Assembly: GCA_963771355.1 (NCBI GenBank)
Contig: CAVYTA010000001.1
Coordinates: 32,001-96,000 of the forward strand
Direction: 5' to 3'
DNA length: 64,000 nt
Source of the DNA: an uncultured Candidatus Rokubacteria bacterium
Lineage (GTDB): Bacteria; Methylomirabilota; Methylomirabilia; Rokubacteriales; CSP1-6
Shown: positions 31,476 to 41,433 of the stretch, piece by piece
How the letters are laid out: each line of letters begins with the position of its first letter
Numbering within the stretch: the first letter of the stretch is position 1
Notes under the pieces: model-generated
Databases searched by the model: none
What the model saw: the letters and a program-made list of their open reading frames with translations, nothing else
Told to the model about the DNA's origin: nothing
Program-made: the position numbers and the translations under genes

Positions 31476-32573
31476 TCACGCGGCGCCGGTTCCTCGGGGG
31501 CGTGGCGCTGGGCGGCGCCGCGGCGGCGCTGGGGCCCGCGCGGCGGGCGGCCGCCCAGTCGGCCGACTGGACGCAGATGGTGGCGGCGGCGAAGAAGGAA
31601 GCCAAGGTCGTCGTCAACACCTTCCCCGGCGACGGCTACAAGCGGGCGCTCAAGGCGTTCACCCAGGCCTATCCCGAGATCAAGCTCGAGCACACGAGCC
31701 TGCACTCGCAGGACTTCGCCCCGCGCATCCTCCAGGAGCGGCAGGCGCAATCTCTTCACCTGGGACGTGGCGCTCATTCCCACCAGCACCGCGCTGCAGG
31801 TGCTGCGGCCGGCGGGGGTGTGGGATCCCGTCCGCCCGGCCATCGTGCTGCCGGAGGTGAAGGACGGCGCGGGCTGGGAGGGCGGCTTCGAGCGCGGCTT
31901 CGCGCTGGTGAAGGACCGCGCCCTCTGCTACGGCTTCGTCGCCGTGCGCGGCGGCGGGGTCACCATCAATACCGATCAGGTGAAGGAAGAGCGAGATCCG
32001 CGGGCTCAAGGATCTGCTCGACCCGCGCTGGAAGGGCAAGCTGCTCCTGCCGGACGTGCGCGTGATGGGCGACACCTTCTGGCCCATGACCGCGGCGCGG
32101 CTCAGCCTGGGCGACGACATCATCAAGCGGCTCTTCGTGGACCAGGAGCCGGTGCTGAGCCGCGACAACCGCCAGGTGGCGGAGTTCATGGTGCGCGGGC
32201 GCTACCCCATCGCGCATCGGCGTCAACCCGCAGATCCTCGCCACGTACCAGAAGCAGGGCCTCGGCCAAGAACCTCAAGCTCCTGCACTTCGCCGAGATG
32301 GCCACCATGAGCTCGAGCAGCAGCACGATCTGGCTGGTCAATCGCGCGCCGCATCCCAACGCGGCCAAGGTCTTCATCAACTGGCTCCTCACCCGGGACG
32401 CGCAGGTCGCGTGGGCCAAGGAGGTGGAGACGAACAGCCGGCGGGTGGGGATCGAGCCGGGCAACCCGCAGTACGCGGTGCCGCCCGAGGCCAAGTTCAT
32501 GCAGATCGACGCCGAGGAGAACCTGCCCGAGGTCGTGAAGACGCAGGACATCGCCCGGGCCGTCATCAAGTAG
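31472..32573 (+). CDS. Tat-exported ABC substrate-binding protein (four +1 frameshifts at about 31748, 31991, 32215, 32266)
   Basis: [10 protein letters not shown] leader, [10 protein letters not shown] and [16 protein letters not shown] spread over several frames. Confidence 0.8.
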
Positions 32574-32599
32574 GCCGATACCAGCGTAGGTCCAGGTCG

Positions 32600-33700
32600 A
32601 TCGAAACGGTCCTCACGCTCGCCGAGGTCAGCAAGGTCTTCCCGCCGCACGTGGCGGTGGACCGCGCGTCGCTGGACGTCCGGCGGGGCGAGGTGTTCAC
32701 CCTCCTCGGTCCCAGCGGCTGCGGCAAGACCACCACCCTGCGTCTCGTCGCCGGGCTCGAGCGGCCGGACGGGGGCGAGATCACGCTGCGCGGCCGCGTG
32801 GTGGCCTCGGTCGCCGCGGCGGATCTTCGTCCAGCCGAACCAGCGCAACCTCGGGCATGGTCTTCCAGTCCTACGCCATCTGGCCGCACATGACCGTGTT
32901 CGACAACGTGGCGTACCCGCTGACCCTTCGGGGCCTCGCGCGCGCGGCGATCCGGGAGCGGGTGGCGCGCGTGCTGGACCTCGTCGGCCTCGCCGGCATG
33001 GAGACGCGGACGGCCACGCTCGCTGAGCGGCGGGCAGATGCAGCGCCTGGCGCTCTGCCGGGCGCTCGTCTACGAGCCGGACCTCCTGCTGCTCGACGAG
33101 CCCTTCAGCAACCTCGACGCCAAGCTCCGCGAGCAGATGCGGCTGGAGCTGCGGCTCCTCCAGCGGCGGCTCGGGATCACCGTGCTCTTCGTCACCCATG
33201 ACCAGATCGAGGCGCTCAGCCTCTCCGACCGCATCGCGGTGATGCAGCGCGGGCGCGTGGAGCAGGTGGGCCCGCCGCGGAGCCTGTACGAGCGGCCGGC
33301 GTCCGCCTTCGTGCGCGACTTCGTGGGGTCGACGGTGATCCTGCGCGGGCGGGTCAGCGCGCTCGGGCCGGACGGAGTCAGCGTGGCGATGAACGGGGCG
33401 CTGGCCGGCCGGACGCTCGCGGGACGCTCGGTGTCCGCCACCGCGCTGGCGCCGGGGGCGGACGTGCACGTGGCGATCCGCCCCGAGGACATCGAGGTGG
33501 ACGGCGCGCGGCCCGACGGCGGGACCCTTCCCGGCGTGATCGACACGCTCCTCTTCGTGGGGGACCGCTACGAGGCCCGGGTGAGCCTGGGCGGGGAGCA
33601 GCGCATCGTGCTGCTCGTGCCCCGGACGCGCGAGTGGAAGGAGGGCCAGGCGGTGTCGCTCGCCTTCCCGCCGGACACGGTGAGCGTGTGGCCGGCGTAG
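32600..33700 (+). CDS. ABC ATP-binding protein (three +1 frameshifts; start codon uncertain)
   Basis: [44 protein letters not shown]. No in-frame ATG/GTG; the frame starts at ATC 32600. Confidence 0.85.
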
Positions 33701-35408
33701 CAACGCCCATCCCGCTGCGCCCGGCCTGGCGCGTCGAGACGCAATCCCTCGTCGGCACGGCGGTCCTTGCCGTGGTCTCGTTCGCCGTGGTCTACCCGGT
33801 GCTGCTCGTCGTGCTCCAGAGCTTCCAGACCGCGCTGCCCGGGCAGCCGGCGCGCTATGGCCTCGACGGCTGGCGCGCGGCGCTGGCCGAGCCCGCGCTG
33901 CGCAGCTCGCTCTGGAACACGCTGACGGTGACGTTCGTGCGCCAGCTCCTCTCCCTGCCGCTGGCCGTCCTCGTCGCGTGGCTGCTGGCACGCACCGACC
34001 TGCCCGGACGCCGGGGGATCGAGTTCGCCTTCTGGGCCGCGTTCTTCCTGCCGCCGCTCACGGTGACGCTGAGCTGGATCCTCTTGCTGGATCCGGAATA
34101 CGGGCTGATCAACACGAGCCTCGCCGCGCTGCCGTTCTTCGGCAAGGGCCCGTTCAACATCTACTCGTTCTGGGGCATCGTCTGGGTTCACGTGATCACG
34201 GGCTCGCTCACGGTGAAGGTCATCCTCCTCACGCCGGCCTTCCGCAACATGAACGCGTCCTTCGAGGAGGCCTCGCGCGTCGCCGGCGCGAGCACGCTGC
34301 GGACCGCGCTGCGCATCACCGTGCCCGTCATGGCGCCGGTGATCCTGTCGGTGCTGCTGCTGGGCACCATGGTGTCGCTCCAGACCTTCGAGGTGGAGCA
34401 GGTGCTGGGCACGCCGTTCCGCTTCTTCGTCTTCAGCACCACGATCTACGACCTCCTGGTCACGCGCGTGCCCCGCTACGACGCGGCCACGGCGCTGGCG
34501 GTGCTGGTCCTGGCCTCCATGCTCCCGCTCATCCTCGCCCAGCAGTGGCTGACGCGCGGCCGCCGCTACACCACGGTGACCGGGCAGTTCCAGAACAAGC
34601 GGCACGCGCTCGGGCGCCTGGCGGTGGCCGGCGCTGGCCCTCGCGCTCGGGCTGGTGGCGATCGTGCTGGGCGTGCCCGTCGTGTTCGCGCTGCTGGGCA
34701 CCTTCATGAAGCTCTTCGGCTTCTTCAACGTGCCGGAGCCCTGGACGCTCGACAACTGGAAGACCGTCCTCGCCGATGATCTCTTCGCGAGCTCGCTGCG
34801 CAACACGCTGGTGCTGGCCGTCGGCACCGCGGTGGCGGCGGTCTTCCTGCACTCGCTCATCGCCTACATCGCCGTGCGCACGCGCTACGCCGGCCGGCGG
34901 CTGCTCGACTTCGTCTCCTGGCTGCCCTTCACGGTGCCCGGCGTGATCCTGGGCCTCGCGCTTCTGTGGCTCTTCCTCGGCACGCCGCGTGCTGCGGCCG
35001 CTCTACGGGACCACCGCGGTGCTGATCGCGGCGGGGCTCATCTCCGGCATGCCGCTCGGCGTGCAGATCATCAAGAGCGGGCTCATGCAGCTGGGCGGCG
35101 AGCTGGAGGAGGCCTCCCGCATCGCCGGGGCCACTTGGTGGACCACCTACCGCCGTATTGTCTTGCGGCTGATGGCGCCGACCCTCATGGCGGTGGGGAT
35201 GATCACCTTCGTGGGCGCCGCGCGGAACATCGCGAACATCGCGCTGCTCAGCACCACCGCCAACCGGCCCCTGGCCATCCTGCAGCTCGACTACATCGCC
35301 CAGAAGAAGCTCGAGGAGGCGGTGGTCATCGCCAGCATCATCATGCTGATCTCGCTGGCCGGCGCGCTGGCCGCCTATGTCCTGGGCGTGCGCGGCAATG
35401 TCGGCTGA
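33688..35408 (+). CDS. ABC permease, FbpB-like double domain (+1 frameshifts at about 34618 and 34988)
   Basis: ARTDLPGR and two EAA loops ([20 protein letters not shown]). Confidence 0.85.
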
Positions 35409-35427
35409 GAGAGACAAGGAGTCGCGC

Positions 35428-36230
35428 GTGAGGCTAGACGGCAAGGTCGCGATGGTCACGGGGACCAGCCCCAATATCGGGGCCGGCATCGCCGGCGGGC
35501 TGGCGGAGGAGGGGGCCAAGGTGGTCTGCGTGGACGTGAGCGCGGACAATGCGCGGGAGTGCGCGGCCTGGATCACGGGACGCGGCGGCCAGGCCCTTGG
35601 CCTGACCTGCGACGTGACCGACGAGGCGCCAGGTGGAGGCGATGGTCGCCCGGGCGCGCGAGGCCTACGGCGGGATCGACGTCCTGGTCAACAACGCGGG
35701 CGATTCTCGGCGGCCAGAGCGTGCTCGAGATGCCGCTCGAGCGCTGGAACCGGCAGCTCGCGGTGAACCTCACCGGGACCTTTCTCTGCACCAAGCACGT
35801 GGGCCGGCTCATGGTCGAGCGCGGCACCCGGGGCAGCATCATCGTGATCGTCTCCACGGCCGGGCATCAGGGCCAGCCGGGCAATATCGGCTACTGCACG
35901 AGCAAGAGCGGCCTGCTCAACTTCACCCGCGCCGCCGCCATGGACCTCGCGCGGCACGGGATCCGCGTGAACAGCCTCACGCCGACGGCAACGGACGTCG
36001 AGGAGGGCCACCAGCGCGCGGAGGCCTGGGGCCGGCCGCGGCCCGCGCGGAGCGCCCGCATGCTCGACTTCGCGCGGATGATCCCGACCGGCGCGCTGCC
36101 CAGCCCGCGGCACTATGCGCGGGCCGCCGTGTTCCTGGCCTCCGACGACGCCGAGATGGTCACCGGCATGGACCTGCGTGTGGACGCGGGCGCGATCGCC
36201 AAGTACTGGCCCTGGGTGCCCAGTACCTGA
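35428..36230 (+). CDS. SDR family oxidoreductase (+1 frameshifts at about 35629 and 35699)
   Basis: TGTSPNIG, DVLVNNA, YCTSK, GIRVNS. AAGGAG RBS. Confidence 0.87.
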
Positions 36231-36288
36231 CCTCGCCGGGAGGGTGGCCGGCGGCGGCCGAGCGCCCTCCTCGAGCCGATCGGAGGTC

Positions 36289-36317
36289 TTGACAGGAGGC
36301 GGCCGGGCCTGTATGGT
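36289..36317 (+). promoter_or_regulatory. sigma70 promoter of the cold-shock gene
   Basis: TTGACA-N17-TATGGT, implying a 5' UTR of about 165 nt. Confidence 0.75.
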
Positions 36318-36368
36318 GAGTTCAGGTTTCAGGTTCATCCGGTTACATGCTTCTCGAGATTCGAGATC

Positions 36369-36410
36369 AAACGCCGCGAGGACCCCTGGTCCCGCGGTGT
36401 TTTTGTTTGT
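36369..36410 (+). terminator. Terminator-like hairpin within the csp 5' UTR
   Basis: AAACGCCGCG(A)GGACC-cct-GGTCCCGCGGTGTTT followed by TTGTTTGT. Confidence 0.6.
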
Positions 36411-36488
36411 CCTCCATTTCAGGAGGGCTCCCCGCCATGGTGGCGGGTTTCACCGAGGCGCAAGCCTCAGAAGAAAGAGGTCGGTTCA

Positions 36489-36689
36489 ATGGCACAGGGA
36501 ACGGTTAAGTGGTTCAACGACGCAAAGGGCTACGGCTTCATCACCCAGGAGGCGGGCGACGACGTGTTCGTCCACTTCAACGCCATCCAGGCGCAGGGTT
36601 TCAAGAGCCTGGCCGAGGGCGATAAGGTCGAGTTCGAGGTGACCAAGGGCCCCAAGGGGCTCCAGGCCGCCAACGTCCGCAAGGTCTAA
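36489..36689 (+). CDS. cspA: Cold-shock protein
   Basis: [31 protein letters not shown]. Confidence 0.97.
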   Translation: MAQGTVKWFNDAKGYGFITQEAGDDVFVHFNAIQAQGFKSLAEGDKVEFEVTKGPKGLQAANVRKV

Positions 36690-36714
36690 CGCGAACCCTG
36701 CGTTGAACCCGGAG

Positions 36715-36750
36715 GCCGGGTCCCCTATCGGGGGCCCGGCTTTTTGTTTT
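36715..36750 (+). terminator. Rho-independent terminator of csp
   Basis: GCCGGGTCCCC-loop-GGGGCCCGGC followed by TTTTTGTTTT. Confidence 0.88.
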
Positions 36751-36818
36751 CCCACCTGCCATAGAGTAGCCGCATGGCCCGCCCGCTCGAGCGCGTCGCG
36801 TGGGAGTCGTGCGTCCTC

Positions 36819-36896
36819 ACCGATCTCGTCATCCGGGCCCCACTTGCCCCAGTTGCGGACCTGCAGGCAGAGCTTGCGCAGGGTCTCCTCGCTCAT
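36819..36896 (-). pseudogene. N-terminal fragment of a cyclase (kynurenine formamidase-like) family gene
   Basis: AGGAG RBS, then MSEETLRKLCLQVRNWGKWGPDDEIG. Similarity stops abruptly after DDEIG. Confidence 0.65.
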
Positions 36897-36940
36897 CGGG
36901 TCGGTGCTCCTCTTTCTTGTGTGGATGTCGGGCGGGGCAG

Positions 36941-37777
36941 TCAGGCGGGAGTCTGGAGCGGGGGCAGCGCGTCCCCGATCAACCGGCCGCACACCACCAT
37001 CTCGGGGCTGGTCTTGCGATAGGTGTCGAGCGCGCTGCGGACCGCGGCGAACTCTCCCTCCGGCGGCATCGGCGGCGCGGGGGGCAGGGACGGCAGCGCG
37101 GCGAACAGGGCCGGGATCTCGGCGTCCACCGCGGCCAGGAGCTTCTGGCCCGCGGCCAGCGTGGTCGCATCGGTCAGGCGCGGACGCAGGATGGTGGCGA
37201 TATGCGCGAGGAAGGCCGGCCACGACGCGAGCATCCGGTAGAGGCCGGGGACGAAGGGTTCGCCGTCCACGGTGGTGCCGAGCGAGGCCAGCACCGCCTG
37301 CTGCGCGGGCGGCAAGGCGGTCGGCTCGACGAGCGGTGGCAAGGGGCCAACGGCCGGCGGCGGCGCCCACTCGCGCGTGACGCGGGGGTGGCCCGGCGGT
37401 CGGTCTCCGTTCAGCAAACGCCGGAGCAGCCCCGAGAGCACGAGATTGACGGGGCTCACCCTCACGAAGCTGGCGCAAGCTGACCTGATCGTGCGCTCGC
37501 CCGTTTCGTCCACGCCCCACACCCGGAGGGCATCCCGGGAGATGGGCGCGAGCGGCGGGACCGCGAGTCCCTCCGCGGCGCGCCACGCGGCGGCCTGCGC
37601 GGTGCCGCTCGCGAAGGCGGGCCCCAGCGCGGCCCAGGTCCAGGGGAGCCAGCCGGGGCGCGTGGCCAGGTGCCGCTGCAGCGAGGAGACGTACGGAACG
37701 GCCCAGAGCCGCCGGACCTCGGCGTAGATCGCGGCCATCTCGCCGGTGGCATCGCGCTCCCGCAGCTCGGCCAGCAT
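36941..37777 (-). CDS. Hypothetical protein with DehI/CMD-like alpha-helical repeat
   Basis: ATGEMAAIYAEVRRLWAVPYVSSLQRHLATRPGWL, with a second half-repeat FVPGLYRMLASWPAFL. Confidence 0.55.
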   Translation of the reverse strand: MLAELRERDATGEMAAIYAEVRRLWAVPYVSSLQRHLATRPGWLPWTWAALGPAFASGTAQAAAWRAAEGLAVPPLAPISRDALRVWGVDETGERTIRSACASFVRVSPVNLVLSGLLRRLLNGDRPPGHPRVTREWAPPPAVGPLPPLVEPTALPPAQQAVLASLGTTVDGEPFVPGLYRMLASWPAFLAHIATILRPRLTDATTLAAGQKLLAAVDAEIPALFAALPSLPPAPPMPPEGEFAAVRSALDTYRKTSPEMVVCGRLIGDALPPLQTPA

Positions 37778-37781
37778 CGCC

Positions 37782-38015
37782 TTACAGACCCAGCTCCCGG
37801 CGGACCCGCTCCCGGTCGAAGCCGGCGGCGGTGAGGGCGCGGAGGATGAGGGCCACGTGCTTCTTCGTGAGGTCCTGGGGGCCATGGCCCGGGAGCGTGA
37901 TCTTGACGCCGGGACCCTCGTACTGCACGTGCCCGGTCATCCCGCCCTTGAGCTTCCGGAAGCCGTTGCTCAGCAGCCAGGTCTCCATCTCACGGCGGGT
38001 AACCTGGTTGCTCAC
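37782..38015 (-). CDS. HicA-like toxin (dsRBD-fold mRNA interferase)
   Basis: 77 aa, basic. GF....G..GHVQY...KITLPGH...DL...VALIL pattern. Confidence 0.68.
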   Translation of the reverse strand: MSNQVTRREMETWLLSNGFRKLKGGMTGHVQYEGPGVKITLPGHGPQDLTKKHVALILRALTAAGFDRERVRRELGL

Positions 38016-38046
38016 GGTGGGCCGCGGGCCGGCTGTGCGCTGCGTC

Positions 38047-38487
38047 CTACCGCGATCCCTCGGGCGGCTCGCACGCCACCGTGCCCATGTCGGCGGGCAC
38101 GCTCACTTCCAGGATCTCGAGCGTATCGGAGGTGGCGATCTCGTTGTGCCGGAGGCCGCCCGGGATGTAGAGGGACTCGCCGGCCTGGAGCCGGATCGTC
38201 TGCCCGTCCTCGAACTCGAGATCCACCCAGCCCTTGAGCGCGTAGACGAACTGGCCATCGCAGACGTGATAGTGCCAGCCGGTGGGCTTGGTCATGCCCG
38301 CGGTGGCCGACATCACCTGCGCCCGCATCCGCCCGCTGCTCGCGGCCGAGACGCCCAGGTCCTGATACTTCAGGAAGCTGCGCCGCCCTTCGACCATGGG
38401 CGCATTGGCGGGCGTCGCATAGGCGAGCTTGCCCGCGGGATGAACAGATGGGGATGTGGCGGTCGCTGTCGCGGTGTCGTTTCTCAT
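38047..38487 (-). CDS. Cupin domain protein
   Basis: GWHYH...Q..Y.LKG and AGESLYIPGGLRHNE. GGAGG RBS. Confidence 0.88.
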   Translation of the reverse strand: MRNDTATATATSPSVHPAGKLAYATPANAPMVEGRRSFLKYQDLGVSAASSGRMRAQVMSATAGMTKPTGWHYHVCDGQFVYALKGWVDLEFEDGQTIRLQAGESLYIPGGLRHNEIATSDTLEILEVSVPADMGTVACEPPEGSR

Positions 38488-38809
38488 GGTGGCCCTCCGG
38501 CCCCGACTCTACCACGGTCGGAGCGGGCGGAAGTGGGCCGGTCGGGCAGGCTCAACGAGACATTGGAAGCCAGGATGGAGACCATCTTCAGGTGCTGCCA
38601 AGTGGGCACGATGCGAGGGGAGGCTGCCCGAGCCTCAGGCGCGCCACCCGCTCCTGTCCGATTTCCGTGTTTAAGTAAATCTGGTAAGTCCGCGTTCCTA
38701 CACCGGCTCGCGCCTGCTCTGTTTGTTGGATCGACCGATGCATTTCGCCTGGGCAGCCGGGAACGACAGGTGCGGCGTCGCACGAGGCGGCGCCCAGGAG
38801 GGGGACGCC

Positions 38810-40426
38810 ATGACTGACCAGCTGGAGCTCCTCACGCGGCTCGAGACCTATGTGGGTGCGGCGTTCGTGGCCTTCTACGGCTTCGAGCGCTTCCGGAAGC
38901 CGCCGTCGGAGCCGGGGGCGCGCCAGGCGGCCTATCCGAGCCGGGCCACCACCACCGCGGCCTCCTACTACACTGCGGTGTTCCTCTACTGTGGGATCGG
39001 GGTGCTCCTCTACGGCACCCTGCTCTTCTCGCCCTCCGTGCTCGAGAAGATCTGGGCGCTGGTCCCCCAGCTGGGCGACGAGGTGCCGAGCGCGCTCCGG
39101 CAATCGCCCTCCGTGGTGGTGGCGCTCCTGCTCACCGTGCTGCTGTCCAAGGTGCCGGCGCTGGCCGCGCTGGACACTTTCGTTCGCACCCGGCTCCAGC
39201 ACATGGCGGCCATCCCGCATGAAGTCCGGCGCATGGCCGTCGAGCTGAAGCGGGCCGCGTTCCGGCCGGCCAGCGACGCCGAGCACGCGGAGATTGCCCC
39301 CGCGCTCCTGGCGCAGGGGTTCGACGAGGCCGACGTGAGGAACGCGACCGGCGACACGCTCATGGCGCGCTGGTTGCGTCTGGCCACGCTGATGCGGCGG
39401 ATGGAGGCCTGGGAGGCGGAAGGCGGCTTGAATGAGTACTTCATCGACTGTCCCGGCGAGCTGGACGGCCTGCGGGAGCGCTACCGGGAAATCGGCGCCA
39501 AGGTGCGCCGGGCCTATGGTTTCGCGCGAGGGCCCGCGGCCGAGGCGCTGGGCGCTCCCGACGCGCGGGCACTGGAGATGATGGCGGCGTACCGCGAAGA
39601 TGTGGCGGCGGCGCTGGACGCCCTGGTCCGAGATCTCCACGACGCGATCAGCCGCGCGGTGCTCCTCAGCGAGTTCACGGAGCACCGCCGGGCGCGCCGG
39701 CTCGGCGGGCTGGGCTTCGAGCTGGGGATCCAGCCCGTGGGGCATATCTCGCTCAACAGCCTCATGATGCTATTCACGGCGGGCAGCGTGCTCTTCATGT
39801 TCGGATTTACCGTGCTGCCCAGCCGACGACCGGACGAGTCGCCGGTGGATCTCGTGCTCCGCTCGGTGATGATCGCGGCCATCTATTGCGTCTCTATCTG
39901 GTGCGCGCTGGGCCCGAAGACCTACTGGGCTTCCGCCCGCCGCGCGGCCGGGTCCACCCGGCCGTGGTGCGCCTATCTGCTCTCGGCCCTCGCCGCGGCC
40001 GTCGGCGGCGCCGCGGTGAGCCTCGGAACAAAGGTGCTCTACCACGCGAACTTCACCGAGGCCTGGGCCCGATTCGGCCAGGGCCTCCCGTGGATCTTCC
40101 TGACTTTTGTCGTCGCCTATGCCGTGGCGGCGCTGGCCGACGACGAACCGGCCGATCTGGTTGCGGTCGGCCTCGGCGGGCGGCCTCTGTGGCTGGTCGA
40201 GGCAGCGGTCATGGTCGCCGTGATGGTCCCGGTGTCGCTGCTGGTGTACCGCTTGCTCCTCGACACGACGCCGCTGGACAGAATGCCGGCGCTGACTCAG
40301 GTGGTGGTGACCGTGGGCATCGTCAGCTTCGCGATCGGCGCCCTCGTGCCCCGCTGGTACCGGCACGCTCCGTCGGACAAGGGCGCCTCGGGACTCGTCG
40401 CCGCGGCCGCGACGGCGGGCATCTGA
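38810..40426 (+). CDS. Hypothetical polytopic membrane protein
   Basis: AGGAGG RBS. About three N-terminal TM, a helical soluble middle and about six C-terminal TM. Confidence 0.75.
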   Translation: MTDQLELLTRLETYVGAAFVAFYGFERFRKPPSEPGARQAAYPSRATTTAASYYTAVFLYCGIGVLLYGTLLFSPSVLEKIWALVPQLGDEVPSALRQSPSVVVALLLTVLLSKVPALAALDTFVRTRLQHMAAIPHEVRRMAVELKRAAFRPASDAEHAEIAPALLAQGFDEADVRNATGDTLMARWLRLATLMRRMEAWEAEGGLNEYFIDCPGELDGLRERYREIGAKVRRAYGFARGPAAEALGAPDARALEMMAAYREDVAAALDALVRDLHDAISRAVLLSEFTEHRRARRLGGLGFELGIQPVGHISLNSLMMLFTAGSVLFMFGFTVLPSRRPDESPVDLVLRSVMIAAIYCVSIWCALGPKTYWASARRAAGSTRPWCAYLLSALAAAVGGAAVSLGTKVLYHANFTEAWARFGQGLPWIFLTFVVAYAVAALADDEPADLVAVGLGGRPLWLVEAAVMVAVMVPVSLLVYRLLLDTTPLDRMPALTQVVVTVGIVSFAIGALVPRWYRHAPSDKGASGLVAAAATAGI

Positions 40427-40461
40427 CTTTGACGCGGGACGAATTCCGCTGCGCGGGCCGG

Positions 40462-41361
40462 TCAGCTGAGCTGGGGCCGCACGCGCTCCGCGAAGCCGGC
40501 CATCTGCTCCTCCAGCTCGCGGCCGTCGGTGGCGAGGAACTCGCAGACGAGGTGCTCGACGCCGACGGCCGCCAGCTCGCCGATCTGCTCGACCAGCGCG
40601 GCGGGCGCTCCGGCCAGGACGCGTCCGGCATGGGCGGACTTCGGCGCGGTCTCGCCCGGTCGCAAGATCCGGACGTCGTTCCGTAAGGTCAGCGCCGGCA
40701 CGGTGGCCCGTCCGCGGGCGTGGCAGAGCCGCGCGATTTCCGCCTGACCGGCGCGCAGCTCCTCCACCGGCCGGTTGATCGGGTGCCAGGCGGCGCCGAA
40801 CTCGGCGGTGCGGCGTAGCGCGGCCTTGCTGTGGCCACCCACCCAGATGGGCGGATGCGGCTTCTGGAGGGGCTTGGGCTCGAAGACGAGGCCGCTGAAC
40901 TGGGTGTAGGTGCCGTTGAAGGCGGGGTCAGGGCGAGTCCAGAGCTCCTGCATGGCGCGGAGATACTCGTCGGTCATCGCGCCGCGCTCCTTGAAGGGCA
41001 CCCCCAGCATGGCGCTCTCGGCGGCCACCCAGCCCGCGCCGATCCCGAACAGCACACGGCCGCCACTGAGCGCGTCGAGCGAGGCGATCATCTTGGCGGT
41101 GACGACCGCGTTGCGGTAGGGGACGATCAGCACCGTGGTGCCGAGCTGGACGCGGCTGGTGGCGCCGGCGGCCACGCCGAGCGTGATCAAGGGATCGAAG
41201 ATGGTCTCGCCGAAGTTCACCACGTTGGCATGCGGCACCACCACGTGGTCGCTGACCCAGACCGAGTCATAGCCGAGCCGCTCGGCCTGGACGGCGGTGG
41301 CCTTGATGATCTCGGGGGTGGCGAGGTGCCGGCAGTTGGGGATCCAGACGCCGATTTTCAT
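40462..41361 (-). CDS. LLM-class (F420-dependent-like) oxidoreductase
   Basis: GYDSVWVSDH, LDALSGGRV.FGIGAGW, PKPLQKPHPPIWVGG. Confidence 0.9.
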   Translation of the reverse strand: MKIGVWIPNCRHLATPEIIKATAVQAERLGYDSVWVSDHVVVPHANVVNFGETIFDPLITLGVAAGATSRVQLGTTVLIVPYRNAVVTAKMIASLDALSGGRVLFGIGAGWVAAESAMLGVPFKERGAMTDEYLRAMQELWTRPDPAFNGTYTQFSGLVFEPKPLQKPHPPIWVGGHSKAALRRTAEFGAAWHPINRPVEELRAGQAEIARLCHARGRATVPALTLRNDVRILRPGETAPKSAHAGRVLAGAPAALVEQIGELAAVGVEHLVCEFLATDGRELEEQMAGFAERVRPQLS

Positions 41362-41433
41362 GGAGCGAATCTACATCATTTGCGCTCCGGCGTGGGCTTC
41401 CGAACCTACCCCTCTTCGGCTAGCATTCTCTCC

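Noticed and set aside
31472..36230. Pseudogenised ABC/SDR operon or programmed frameshifting
   Set aside because: All lesions are +1 insertions without slippery heptamers or nonsense codons, and the motifs are intact. Sequencing error is more parsimonious.
36486..37586. 366-aa minus-strand ORF running antisense through csp
   Set aside because: A shadow frame of the DehI-like gene joined to the cyclase remnant and antisense csp. It is not a coherent protein.
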